64,000 bases of DNA from Blastocatellales bacterium (GTDB lineage: Bacteria; Acidobacteriota; Blastocatellia; RBC074). The notes under the pieces were generated by a model. The model ran no database searches and was not told the DNA's origin. It worked only from the letters and a program-made list of their open reading frames with translations. Positions 27,869 through 37,773 of this stretch are shown piece after piece. The stretch lies in assembly GCA_050247435.1 (NCBI GenBank), contig JBFWUF010000044.1, forward strand, positions 321 through 64,320, written 5' to 3'. The translations under genes were made by a program, and so were the position numbers. The first letter of the stretch is position 1. Each line of letters opens with the position of its first letter.

Positions 27869-28281
27869 CGCCGTTCCTCCTTGAGGTCACGGCTGCGCTG
27901 CCCACTCTCATTTATGTTTAATCCAGGTTTAGTTGCTCTTGGTTGGCGTATGTGCGAACGCTTCCAGGCACCTTCTGCAAAGGCAGTTTTTGTATCGCTC
28001 GCGTAAGTGACGTCGGACCTCTGCGCTGAGTTTAATGTTTAGGCGCCAGCAATCGGTGAGCGACGCGCCACAGACAAACGACTCTCAGCAAGCCTCACAG
28101 GCCTGTGGCAGTCGGCGTAAAGGCAAAACCAAGTTGGTCAGATCGCGAAATTTCATGGCAGATAATCATATTACGCGCTATTCTTTCTGCCACACGGGGA
28201 TGTTGGCGACAAAGATCGAAACAGCCCCATAATCAATGAACAGCACAAAGACCTCTGTCAGATTGAGGAGGATTCCGGAAC

Positions 28282-28998
28282 GTGAGTGATCATTTGCCAA
28301 AAGCCATCGTGCTGCTGAGCGGAGGGCTTGATTCCGCAACGACATTGGCCATTGCCAAGAGTCAATGGTATGAAATCCACGCCCTTACTTTCAGATACGG
28401 ACAGCGGCATGAATTCGAAATTGAGGCGGCGCGAAAAATCGCTGGCCATTTTGGCGTAGCGCAGCATGTCATTTCACAGATTGATTTACGGGCGTTTAGG
28501 GGTTCAGCCTTGACCAGCGACATTGAAGTGCCGAAAGGGCGTTCGCTGGAGGATATGTCTGAAGGCATTCCCATCACATACGTACCCGCCCGAAACACGA
28601 TCTTTCTATCATTTGCGCTGGCGTGGGCCGAGGTGGTCGGGGCCAGCGACATCTTCATCGGCGTCAATGCGCTGGATTACAGTGGCTACCCGGACTGCCG
28701 ACCAGAATACATTGAGGCTTATCAAGAGATGGCGAACCTGGCTACGAAAGCCGGAGTCGAAGGCCGCCAGCGACTTAAGATTCACACTCCGCTTATCCAC
28801 CTGACAAAGGCCGAAATTATCCGACAGGGGCTTGAACTCGGGGTTGATTATTCTATAACCAGCACCTGTTATGACCCGTCATCAACGGGAGAAGCCTGTG
28901 GTCAGTGTGACGCTTGCTTTTTGCGGTTGAAAGGATTTGCGGAAAACGGCGTCCCTGATCCGGTGCGATACCGAACAGAGGCGAGACCGGGAGCGTGA
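28282..28998 (+). CDS. queC: 7-cyano-7-deazaguanine synthase QueC
   Basis: [12 protein letters not shown]-loop and C-terminal Zn site CGQCDAC. GTG start with a GAGGAGG RBS. Confidence 0.9.
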   Translation: MSDHLPKAIVLLSGGLDSATTLAIAKSQWYEIHALTFRYGQRHEFEIEAARKIAGHFGVAQHVISQIDLRAFRGSALTSDIEVPKGRSLEDMSEGIPITYVPARNTIFLSFALAWAEVVGASDIFIGVNALDYSGYPDCRPEYIEAYQEMANLATKAGVEGRQRLKIHTPLIHLTKAEIIRQGLELGVDYSITSTCYDPSSTGEACGQCDACFLRLKGFAENGVPDPVRYRTEARPGA

Positions 28999-29636
28999 GC
29001 TACGCAGTCAAGGAAATTTATTACACGCTTCAGGGAGAGGGCGCGCAAACTGGGCGGGCAGCGGTCTTTTGTAGGTTTTCTGGTTGCAATCTTTGGTCCG
29101 GGCGCGAGGAAGACCGCGCTTCGGCCATCTGTCAGTTCTGCGATACAGATTTCGTCGGCACAGATGGGCCTGGTGGAGGGAAATTCTCATCCGCTCAAGA
29201 ATTGGCGCGCGCCGTTGCCTCAACCTGGGCTGCGCCACGTTCAACCCGATCACGACCATACGTCGTTTGCACTGGCGGGGAACCACTGCTGCAATTCGAT
29301 GAAGATTTAGTGTCAGCTTTCCACGCCCACGGATTCGAAGTCGCAATCGAGACAAATGGCACCCGATTGCCTCCTCACGGGATTGATTGGGTCTGTGTAA
29401 GCCCGAAAGCCGGGACCGAACTTCTTCTCCGCTCTGGCAACGAACTCAAACTGGTCTATCCTCAAGCGGGAGCGGAACCCGAAAACTTTCAAGACTTGGA
29501 TTTTCGGCACTTCTTTTTACAACCGATGGATGGGCCGGAAAGAAACGCCAATATTAATCTTGCAATCGAATATTGCCTGTTGCATCCTCAGTGGCGGCTA
29601 AGCCTACAGACTCACAAACTGCTTGGCCTCCCATAA
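28995..29636 (+). CDS. queE: 7-carboxy-7-deazaguanine synthase QueE (radical SAM, B. subtilis type)
   Basis: CX14CX2C cluster motif ([20 protein letters not shown]), YTLQGEG and CTGGEPL motifs. Start overlaps the queC stop. Confidence 0.85.
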   Translation: MSYAVKEIYYTLQGEGAQTGRAAVFCRFSGCNLWSGREEDRASAICQFCDTDFVGTDGPGGGKFSSAQELARAVASTWAAPRSTRSRPYVVCTGGEPLLQFDEDLVSAFHAHGFEVAIETNGTRLPPHGIDWVCVSPKAGTELLLRSGNELKLVYPQAGAEPENFQDLDFRHFFLQPMDGPERNANINLAIEYCLLHPQWRLSLQTHKLLGLP

Positions 29637-29659
29637 CAGCGTGAGAAAAGGAGTTCCGG

Positions 29660-30022
29660 ATGGACGTATTCAAGATCTTCTCTATCGAAGCGGCCCATCG
29701 CTTGCCCCACGTTCCTCCGGATCATAAATGCGGCAGGTTGCATGGGCATTCATTCAAAGTAGAGATCCACGTTCGCGGCAAAGTCGGCAGCGAGACGGGC
29801 TGGGTGATGGATTTCGCCGACATCAAACAAGCGTTTCAACCAATCTTTGAGCAATTGGACCATCGCTATTTCAACGAAATCGAAGGGCTCGAAAACCCCA
29901 CGAGCGAAAACCTGGCAAGATGGATCTGGCGGCGATTGCATTCCACACTGCCCGGACTCAGTAAAATCATAGTAAACGAAACCTGCGCTTCCGGTTGTAT
30001 CTATCAAGGAGAGGATGACTGA
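29660..30022 (+). CDS. queD: 6-carboxy-5,6,7,8-tetrahydropterin synthase QueD
   Basis: CGRLHGHSF (C-x3-HGH) zinc motif. 120 aa. Confidence 0.85.
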   Translation: MDVFKIFSIEAAHRLPHVPPDHKCGRLHGHSFKVEIHVRGKVGSETGWVMDFADIKQAFQPIFEQLDHRYFNEIEGLENPTSENLARWIWRRLHSTLPGLSKIIVNETCASGCIYQGEDD

Positions 30023-30024
30023 AG

Positions 30025-30840
30025 ATGGATGACGTTCAGGGCTATCAGGACGAGCGCCGCATCCCGATTGATCAGGTCGGAGTCAGCGATCTGCGCTACC
30101 CTATCGTCGTGCTCGACCGTGATCAGGGGAAACAGCACACTATCGCTCGCCTGAAGATGTCCGTGAATTTGCCGCACCATTTCAAAGGCACACATATGAG
30201 CCGCTTCCTTGAAATCCTCAACGAACACAGAGGTGAAGTGACGATGCGGACTCTGCCTTTAATCCTCCGCGTATTGCGTGATCGCCTCGAAGCCGAGAGC
30301 GCGCGAATTGAGATCTCTTTCCCATATTTCCTGGAGCGAACCGCGCCCGTCAGCGAAGCCAAAGGTCTAATGGATTACAACTGCGCTTTTGTCGGTGAGG
30401 CCAACGGCAACAAGGACGATTTCATTCTCGGGGTGCAAGTTCCCGTGACCACACTCTGCCCGTGCAGCAAGACGATCAGCGATTACGGGGCGCATAATCA
30501 ACGCGGCTATGTCGGCATCGAGGTCCGCAGCGTGCGATCCGATAGCGGCAATCCAGAATTGATCTGGATCGAGGAATTGATAGACATCGCCGAAAGGTCG
30601 GCCTCCGCTCCGGTCTATCCGCTTCTCAAACGCGCGGATGAGCGACACGTTACGATGCAGGCGTATGACAATCCTGTCTTCGTCGAAGACCTGGTGCGGA
30701 ACGTGGCCGGCAGGTTGCAAGACGATAAACGGGTGGAGTGGTTTCGAGTAGATGTCGAAAACCACGAGAGCATCCACAATCATAATGTCTTTGCTCGAAT
30801 CGAAAGGAAAAGGCCTCCAACTGAGGAAAGAAGAGGGTGA
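30025..30840 (+). CDS. folE2: GTP cyclohydrolase FolE2/MptA (type-2 GTP cyclohydrolase I)
   Basis: FolE2 length, and TTLCPCSKTISDYGAHNQRGY with the CPCS motif. Confidence 0.8.
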   Translation: MDDVQGYQDERRIPIDQVGVSDLRYPIVVLDRDQGKQHTIARLKMSVNLPHHFKGTHMSRFLEILNEHRGEVTMRTLPLILRVLRDRLEAESARIEISFPYFLERTAPVSEAKGLMDYNCAFVGEANGNKDDFILGVQVPVTTLCPCSKTISDYGAHNQRGYVGIEVRSVRSDSGNPELIWIEELIDIAERSASAPVYPLLKRADERHVTMQAYDNPVFVEDLVRNVAGRLQDDKRVEWFRVDVENHESIHNHNVFARIERKRPPTEERRG

Positions 30841-31242
30841 GACTCGACGATGTACAGTTCGTTCCAGACCGTCGGATTACTCGAAACACAAGCTACTGGG
30901 ACAAGTTTCTGATCCTGGCCAATGCCCTTCAGGGTCAGGAATGACTTGCGATGGTGAAAGACAGAGGTTAATCTCGGTAACGAAGTTGGCGACCTACACT
31001 TCAATCTAATTTTAACGGGTCCAGCCTGGAGCAGTGCCTCACGATTTAACTGAAGCCCAGACCCGAGAGGCTATCAGGTCAACCACAGAAGCAATATGAG
31101 TCGAATATAGTACTCCAATACTTATCAGGAAAGCCCCGCCTGAATTGTGGATCCGCACCCTACGCCTAGCTTTGCAAATAGTTTTACGCCTTTCCTATCA
31201 CTGTTGAGATTTGTACTACAAAAGCAGCAAGAGGCAGTTCAT

Positions 31243-34200
31243 ATGAACGGTCGCATCGTTAAACACTCCCATCACGGCATTGGCAAGGTGGTCGGCGTGC
31301 AGCCTGGGCAGGTGAGAATCCGTTTCCTGAGCGGGCAAGAGATGGCATTCAAACCTCATGCCTTCAAAGATGGGATCCTCGCGCGTGCGAAATTGAGTGT
31401 GGGCAGCCGCTGCATCGGCCTAAATGGAGAATGCACAGTCAGACGCATCGCTGCTTTAGCCGGTGATGCTCCAATTGAATACGAGGTTACGTATGAAAGC
31501 GGATTGAGCGCCGTGGTAAGCGAAGTGGCGCTGACACCTTTACCCGGGCGAGGCGTGCAGGATCCCCTCCTTCAATTTGCCGGACTCGATCTGCAAAGTT
31601 ACGGGTTGTTCAGATTGAGGGAACGGCTCGTTAACGCAAATGCAAAATCGCTGCGCGAGGGGAGCGGGTTGCGTGCTCTGCTCTCCAGCCGCATTGATTT
31701 GCGTCCCCACCAGGCGTACGTCGCAGGCGTAGTGTTGCTCGATCTCTCCCGACGCTACCTTTTGGCCGACGAAGTCGGGCTTGGCAAGACAATAGAGGCT
31801 GGCATCGTTGTCCATGACCTTCTGACCACCAAGCCGGACGCCCGCGTGCTGGTAGTTTGCCCAAGCGCCTTAGCACAGCAGTGGTTGTGTGAACTCTACG
31901 CTAAGTTCGGGGGGCAGGTGTTTACACTCTTGGATTTGCACGCGGGCAAGAGGATTAACTGGCAGGGTTTGCAAAAAGTAATTGCCTCGACGACCTTGGC
32001 CGCCTATGACCTGTCGAAAGAATTGTCGAAGATTGCCTGGGACATAGTAGTGGTGGATGAAGCGCACCATCTGATCAACTCCCCCGTGCTTTATGAGTTT
32101 GTCCGTCAACTGTCCCGCTCGGTTCCTTCGCTTCTCCTGCTGAGCGCAATTCCGGCTCAACGGCGCGAAGACGATTTTCTGCGTTTGCTGGCACTGCTGG
32201 AGCCTGACCGTTATCAATCCGATTCCCGTAACTCTCAGGAGGAGTTTCGCACACTCTACTCAGCTCAAAGTGCCATTGGGCGCCGGTTACGCCGTCTGTC
32301 ACGCCGGATTGAAGGTGCTTCGTCAGGTGATTCGACGCCGGAGGAGGTAAAAGAGCTTACGCTGAGCCTGATGGAGTTGCCGGTCCTCAGCGAGGATAAA
32401 CGACTGAACAGCATGATCGCATTGCTTGAGACAGGCAAACAGGCTTTCATTGATGATGCGCGCGCTATCGTTCACTATGTCGCCGATCGCTACCGCATTC
32501 ACCGACGCATCCTTCGTAACCGCAAAACCCGGTTGATTGAGGAGGGCCAGATACAGTTGATTCAACGCCGTTTTGCGCCGTTCCCCTATCAACCGGAGCA
32601 GGTGGAGATCGAGTTTGTGGAAGCTGTCGAGGCCATTATTAGGGAACTTCGCCAAATGGAAGCCCAGAACGATGTAATTGTCCCTTTTGTTCGCACCGCC
32701 CTTCAGAGTTTGGTGCTGCCGACGACCGCGCGAGACTTCTTGGAGAGACTGGCTGATGCGGACTCGGGGAGGCTCAACAGCAAGGGGATGGATTATCTGG
32801 CGATGGGATACATGTTCGGTTATGAGGATTGGGAAGATTATGCCGAGTTGGTGTGTGTGGGAGTCCGGGGTTACCTTTCAGATGAACTGGCGGAGCACGC
32901 GCTGGCCCGCGCCACCGCTTGGTGCAGGTCTGCCAAAGCCGTTTCACGCTGGGGCGTACTCGTTAAACTCTTGAGGAGCCGACAACAGCAGACTCCTCTG
33001 CCCAAAATCCTTATCTTCGCTGGGTTCCCCGGCGCGGCGGAGGCCCTTGCTGAAAGGCTGCGCGCTGAATTCGGCAATCAGGCGGTGAAGGAATTCCGGT
33101 TCAATCTCTCACAAGAAGAGAAAGAACTGAGTGTGCGTCAATTTCAGACCAATCCAGCCACATGGCTATTGGTTTCGGATGAAACCGGCGGAGAGGGGAG
33201 GAATTTTCAGTTCGCCGCAGAATTGGTCCACTTCGATACCCCGTGGTATGCGGCGAGAGTCGAACAGCGGATCGGGCGATTAGACCGTCTGGGCCGTGAA
33301 AAGGTCAGATCGGACGTGGTCTCGAACGTCATCTTCAGCGAAGGTTCAGTAGAGGACGGACTGATATGTTGTTACCGCGCGGGAATGAAAGTCTATGAAC
33401 AGTCCATCAGCGGTCTGGAGTTCGCGTTGCGCGAAGTCGAACGTCGCATCGCAGAGGTGGTGATAGATCGGGGCTACGAAGGTTTGTGTGATTATGTCGA
33501 GGAGTTAAGCCAGTTGGCTGAGCAGGAGCGCGCGCAGGATGAGAGCGAGTCGGTGCTGGACGAGGCTTCATTTGAACTCAGGGCGGCAGAGCGATACCGC
33601 AAGATTTCCCACGCTCGGGATGGAGACAAACTACTGGAAGAAGCGTTCGTCAGCTATTTCCGCGGCATCTCCTCGGAGCGATCGGCCAAGGAGATTTATG
33701 ATCCGGCCTTCCCGCGCGGCATCTGGAAATTCGTGGTGGACGATGCGCGCTTTGGGCAACTTCCTTTCGCCGAACAGGGGGGTGACGGGCTGCAGGGAGA
33801 GGTGAAGGGAACCTTTCTCCGTGAGATCGCGCAGCAGCGGCCTGATTTGAACTTTTTCAACGTGGGAAATCCTTTCTTTGATGCTGTCATCCGGTCACTG
33901 GTGCTGCATCCGACTGGCCGCACCTACGCCATTGCCTGTTGCCTGGCGGGCCACGAACCTTGGATGGGCTTTGAGTATGTCTTCTTTGCCGCGCCCGATC
34001 TGAAGCCGCTGGCGAATAATTATGGGTTGGTAAATCAGGCGTTAGGTCTTTTTACTGCGCCGCCATTGCACCTGTTTTGCGACGGAGAGGGCAATTTCAC
34101 CGAGCGGGGAGGGGAACTGCTGGCCATCCGGAGCAAACTGAAGCTCGAACATAAGAACGGTTCGTGGTGGAATCTCACTAAGGAGAAATCGCAGTTATTG

Positions 34201-34479
34201 CCGCAGTCGTTCGGTCAGCGGGAATGGCCGGAGGCTGTGAGCCACACATACCAACTGGCGAAAGACAGAGCGCGACGTCTGTTTCGGCAGCGCCTAGCTT
34301 TAACACTTGAGGCAGAGACCGCGCGGATCGCCGAGCAGATCAGGCAGGCCAAAGGGCAGCCTGAAAGGTTCGCTGAAAATGAGACCGCAGCGCTGCTGCT
34401 CTTGCTCGATTCGATTACCAACTGGGGCGTCGAACTCGACAGCCTCAGCTTTCTCTCAATCAATGAAATAACGGTTTGA
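31243..34479 (+). CDS. SNF2/RapA-family helicase (DpdE-like position in the Dpd cluster)
   Basis: LADEVGLGKTIEAG (motif I), VVDEAHHL (DEAH), helicase-C motifs TGGEGRNFQ...LDRLGRE. The start is placed at MNGRIV. The 31147 track start adds a dubious N-terminal extension. Confidence 0.75.
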   Translation: MNGRIVKHSHHGIGKVVGVQPGQVRIRFLSGQEMAFKPHAFKDGILARAKLSVGSRCIGLNGECTVRRIAALAGDAPIEYEVTYESGLSAVVSEVALTPLPGRGVQDPLLQFAGLDLQSYGLFRLRERLVNANAKSLREGSGLRALLSSRIDLRPHQAYVAGVVLLDLSRRYLLADEVGLGKTIEAGIVVHDLLTTKPDARVLVVCPSALAQQWLCELYAKFGGQVFTLLDLHAGKRINWQGLQKVIASTTLAAYDLSKELSKIAWDIVVVDEAHHLINSPVLYEFVRQLSRSVPSLLLLSAIPAQRREDDFLRLLALLEPDRYQSDSRNSQEEFRTLYSAQSAIGRRLRRLSRRIEGASSGDSTPEEVKELTLSLMELPVLSEDKRLNSMIALLETGKQAFIDDARAIVHYVADRYRIHRRILRNRKTRLIEEGQIQLIQRRFAPFPYQPEQVEIEFVEAVEAIIRELRQMEAQNDVIVPFVRTALQSLVLPTTARDFLERLADADSGRLNSKGMDYLAMGYMFGYEDWEDYAELVCVGVRGYLSDELAEHALARATAWCRSAKAVSRWGVLVKLLRSRQQQTPLPKILIFAGFPGAAEALAERLRAEFGNQAVKEFRFNLSQEEKELSVRQFQTNPATWLLVSDETGGEGRNFQFAAELVHFDTPWYAARVEQRIGRLDRLGREKVRSDVVSNVIFSEGSVEDGLICCYRAGMKVYEQSISGLEFALREVERRIAEVVIDRGYEGLCDYVEELSQLAEQERAQDESESVLDEASFELRAAERYRKISHARDGDKLLEEAFVSYFRGISSERSAKEIYDPAFPRGIWKFVVDDARFGQLPFAEQGGDGLQGEVKGTFLREIAQQRPDLNFFNVGNPFFDAVIRSLVLHPTGRTYAIACCLAGHEPWMGFEYVFFAAPDLKPLANNYGLVNQALGLFTAPPLHLFCDGEGNFTERGGELLAIRSKLKLEHKNGSWWNLTKEKSQLLPQSFGQREWPEAVSHTYQLAKDRARRLFRQRLALTLEAETARIAEQIRQAKGQPERFAENETAALLLLLDSITNWGVELDSLSFLSINEITV

Positions 34480-36893
34480 ACAGTGCGATGAACTGGCTCG
34501 AAACTTTAAAGACAGCCCTTGAGCGGGGATCTCCGCCGGAGGTGATTCCTTCCCAACCGGGGATGGCAGACGCTTCAGATTATGCCGTCTGGCGCTTTCT
34601 GCAGGCGTGGCAGCTTGACCAGCAGTTGGGGCCTGATCAGGCTGTTCTCCTGCGCCAACTCGCCCGCTGGCGACATGGAAACTTATTCGTCGGCAAATTA
34701 CCAGCCGCACTCACATGCTATCAATCAAAAGTTGGGATTGAAGTAACTCCGGCAGGCAACCTTATCGCCAAACCTTTCAAGCCTTCATGGCTGGATGATG
34801 ACTATGTTGATGCTGCCACCGGAATTGATGCGCGCCCTGAGCCGCGACGTGAAGCAGAGGAAATCACCGCCGAACCTTATCTGAACTCATTAGGCTTTCG
34901 GATGTGGCAGTCACAGGCGCAAAAGGAGGGGGCTTGGCTCGCAGTCACGGCGCCGCCTGGTTCCACTTCGCTCATTACACTGCCGACAGGTTCAGGCAAG
35001 AGCCTGTGCTTTCAGTTGCTCTCCCGTTTTGGGAGCGGCGTCACCGTTGTCGTTGTGCCGACGGTCGCACTCGCCATGGATCAATGGCGCAGCGCCAAAG
35101 AAAGGCTAGGACATATTCCTGACCTTAATCCCCGCTACTTCGCGGCGAATGATCCAGATCTTGATCCTGAGACTGTATTGCGCGATTTGCGCGAGGGGCG
35201 CACACGACTGGTCTTCACCTCGCCCGAAGCATGCGTTTCAGGCCGTTTGCGCCGCGTGTTGGACCAGGCGGCGCGCAGCCACCGGCTGGAAAACCTGGTG
35301 ATTGACGAAGCGCATATGATCGAAAGCTGGGGTATGTACTTCAGGGTTGATTTCCAGCTGCTCGCGACGCTGCGCCGCAACTGGCTGCACGCTTCTGAGG
35401 CCTCGCTGCGCACGTTCCTGCTTTCCGCGACTTTCACTCCGCGCAGTCGCGAGGTGCTGCGCTCGCTGTTCGGAGACGGAGGAGAATGGCGCGAGTTCCT
35501 CAGCCAGCGATTGCGCCCTGAGATCACTTACTATTCACACAAATTCCATTCGGACGATGAGCGCACAGAGGCGGTGCGGGAGTGTGCGTGGCGACTGCCT
35601 CGCCCCGCGATCTATTACACGACGGAGGTTGAAGAGGCCAGGAGGTTCGCAGCCCTCTTTGCCCAAGAAGGCTTCAAGCATGTCGGCTGCTTTCATGGCG
35701 AGACGCCACCCACGGAACGCCGCTCGCTGCTTTCCCGCTGGCGCGCGGATGAAATTGACATCATGGTAGCCACTTCCGCTTTTGGCTTGGGCGTTGACAA
35801 GCCGGATGTGCGCGCGGTGGTTCATGCCTGTATGCCTGAAAGCATGCATCGTTACTATCAGGAAGTCGGGCGCAGCGGGCGAGACGGCTTCTCCTCAGTT
35901 TGCCTGCTCCTTCCGACCAGGAGAGACATTGAAGTGGCAAAAGGCCTTGCTCCAAAACTGTTAAGCGAAGAGACGGCGCAGCAACGCTGGGAGAGTATGT
36001 GGGCGAATCGTGAGACCGTCTCCGAAGACGAGTACATCTGGAAGCTGAGTCCAAACGCGCGGCGCACGGAACTGCTGGGGACGCGCACCGGTGAGGAGAA
36101 CGTCCGCTGGAACAAGCGGCTCATTCTGCAACTGTTGCGCGCGGGGAAACTGGAAGTGATGGACTTGGAAAATAGCTCGGAGGAAGGAATGAGCGAAGCG
36201 CTCGAATGGGTCAAAGTGCGGTTGCACTTTCCGCCCGCTTCTTCCAACGTCGGCAGCAGCATCTCGGCGCAGCGTGACGAAGAGTTGAGGCAGGCGAGTG
36301 AAGGCTTGGCGCAGGTGCAGGCGTACTTGGATGATCAGCAACCGGTCTGCCGGATACTTCAAAAACTTTACGACTGCTCAACGCGGCGAGTGTGCGGCGG
36401 TTGCCGCGCCTGTCGGCGCGCGGGCAAATCGTTCCAGAGTTGCCCGCATCTCGATTTTGAAGCCCACCCGCCCGGCAATCCTTCTCGTCAAGTCATCATC
36501 AACATTCCCGACCTATCGCGGGATAGAGAAGCGCTTGCTTGCCTGAAACTTTTACGAGATTTGGTCAAGCACAGAGGTATTCGCCGATTTGCCTGTGCGC
36601 CGAGGCACCAAGATTTAATTCTCGGATTGCTCGGCCAGGCGTTCAATGAAAACGACCTCCACCTCTACCGGCTTGATTCCTTGCCCTCTGAGCCTGCGTT
36701 CGATCTGCATCCTGATGAGGCAATAGCCTGCTTTCACGTCGGTGGGTTGAATCAAGCGGCGCTTGATTTCTCGCTGGGCAAGGAGGTCATTCACCTGATC
36801 TGTACCGGGGTGAGCCACGTTCGCGCTGACGGACGCTTTCCCGGTGAGGCCGCCGGATGGAGCTTCTATCCCGGCTTTGAATACTGGCGTTAG
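34476..36893 (+). CDS. RecQ-family DEAD/DEAH helicase (DpdF-like position)
   Basis: TLPTGSGKSLCFQL, VIDEAHMIESWG, SATFT, HACMPESMHRYYQEVGRSGRDG are RecQ-type motifs. TTG/ATG start overlapping the upstream stop. Confidence 0.75.
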   Translation: MNSAMNWLETLKTALERGSPPEVIPSQPGMADASDYAVWRFLQAWQLDQQLGPDQAVLLRQLARWRHGNLFVGKLPAALTCYQSKVGIEVTPAGNLIAKPFKPSWLDDDYVDAATGIDARPEPRREAEEITAEPYLNSLGFRMWQSQAQKEGAWLAVTAPPGSTSLITLPTGSGKSLCFQLLSRFGSGVTVVVVPTVALAMDQWRSAKERLGHIPDLNPRYFAANDPDLDPETVLRDLREGRTRLVFTSPEACVSGRLRRVLDQAARSHRLENLVIDEAHMIESWGMYFRVDFQLLATLRRNWLHASEASLRTFLLSATFTPRSREVLRSLFGDGGEWREFLSQRLRPEITYYSHKFHSDDERTEAVRECAWRLPRPAIYYTTEVEEARRFAALFAQEGFKHVGCFHGETPPTERRSLLSRWRADEIDIMVATSAFGLGVDKPDVRAVVHACMPESMHRYYQEVGRSGRDGFSSVCLLLPTRRDIEVAKGLAPKLLSEETAQQRWESMWANRETVSEDEYIWKLSPNARRTELLGTRTGEENVRWNKRLILQLLRAGKLEVMDLENSSEEGMSEALEWVKVRLHFPPASSNVGSSISAQRDEELRQASEGLAQVQAYLDDQQPVCRILQKLYDCSTRRVCGGCRACRRAGKSFQSCPHLDFEAHPPGNPSRQVIINIPDLSRDREALACLKLLRDLVKHRGIRRFACAPRHQDLILGLLGQAFNENDLHLYRLDSLPSEPAFDLHPDEAIACFHVGGLNQAALDFSLGKEVIHLICTGVSHVRADGRFPGEAAGWSFYPGFEYWR

Positions 36894-36907
36894 GAGAATA
36901 CAGATAG

Positions 36908-37771
36908 ATGTTTACTGACGGACCCGTAACGCCCGTCCGCGTTGAAATACTAATTGATCTTATGCGCGGCCTGTCTGTCCGAAGAATTGATCGCGCATTG
37001 TTGGCGCAGTTATTGCAACCGGAAGGGCTGCCGAGCCTCGATCCGAAAAAGAGAGTTCAAGCGCAGGAAACCCTCAAGGCCGCATTGGATCTCGGAATCA
37101 TGACTGAGGACGCTGACGGAACGTTGAAACTCATCGTGGAGCGCAAGGACAAACGCACCGCCAAGCAAATCCTCTTGGCAGCGCTCGATGAGGTCGTCAT
37201 CTCCAGCACGGAAGTAGAGCCGTATTTCTCGCTCTTTTACAGCTATCTGCTGTCACTCAATGCCGACGGATGCGTTAACAGATCGAACAGTGAATGGGCT
37301 GTTGATTTCGAACGTGACGTCTTTGGAGGGCAGCGCGTGAATAATCCTTTCAACGAAGTAAAATTGACCGGCCTGCATCGCTGGCTGAGCTACGCTGGGC
37401 TTGGCTGGTATGACATCAGCGAGGTCTTTCAACCCAATCCTTACGAGCGTCTTCGTCGCCGTCTTGGCGCCATTTTCGCCGGCGAAGCGAAACTCACCGG
37501 CGAAGAGTTTATGCGCCGGCTGTCAGAAGCCTGCCCGGAGTTGGATGGGGGCACGATTTTCAGGCGGGCAGACCGTGGTTACGACCCCGCCGCTAAAGTC
37601 TGCACGCTGGGTTTGAGTCACGCACTGATTGATTTGCACCAGGAAGGCTGGATCCGCCTCGATTGTCCTCGCGACAGCCGCGGGTGGAGCATTGAAGCGG
37701 CCTCACCGCCCGGCGATAGTTTGCAGTCCGGTCGCATTGACACAGTGGAATTGGTTAAAGTCACTGAGTAA
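36908..37771 (+). CDS. hypothetical protein (DpdG-like position), 287 aa
   Basis: Tightly spaced ORF within the helicase operon. No motif. Confidence 0.45.
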   Translation: MFTDGPVTPVRVEILIDLMRGLSVRRIDRALLAQLLQPEGLPSLDPKKRVQAQETLKAALDLGIMTEDADGTLKLIVERKDKRTAKQILLAALDEVVISSTEVEPYFSLFYSYLLSLNADGCVNRSNSEWAVDFERDVFGGQRVNNPFNEVKLTGLHRWLSYAGLGWYDISEVFQPNPYERLRRRLGAIFAGEAKLTGEEFMRRLSEACPELDGGTIFRRADRGYDPAAKVCTLGLSHALIDLHQEGWIRLDCPRDSRGWSIEAASPPGDSLQSGRIDTVELVKVTE

Positions 37772-37773
37772 TT

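Noticed and set aside
27880-28281. Possible preQ1 riboswitch upstream of queC
   Set aside because: A GGGG...CCCC hairpin is present (28195-28227), but the loop is ~25 nt and no A-rich ACAAAACAAGG-type tail follows. It does not match preQ1-I, preQ1-II or preQ1-III consensus as I remember them. An Rfam scan would settle it.
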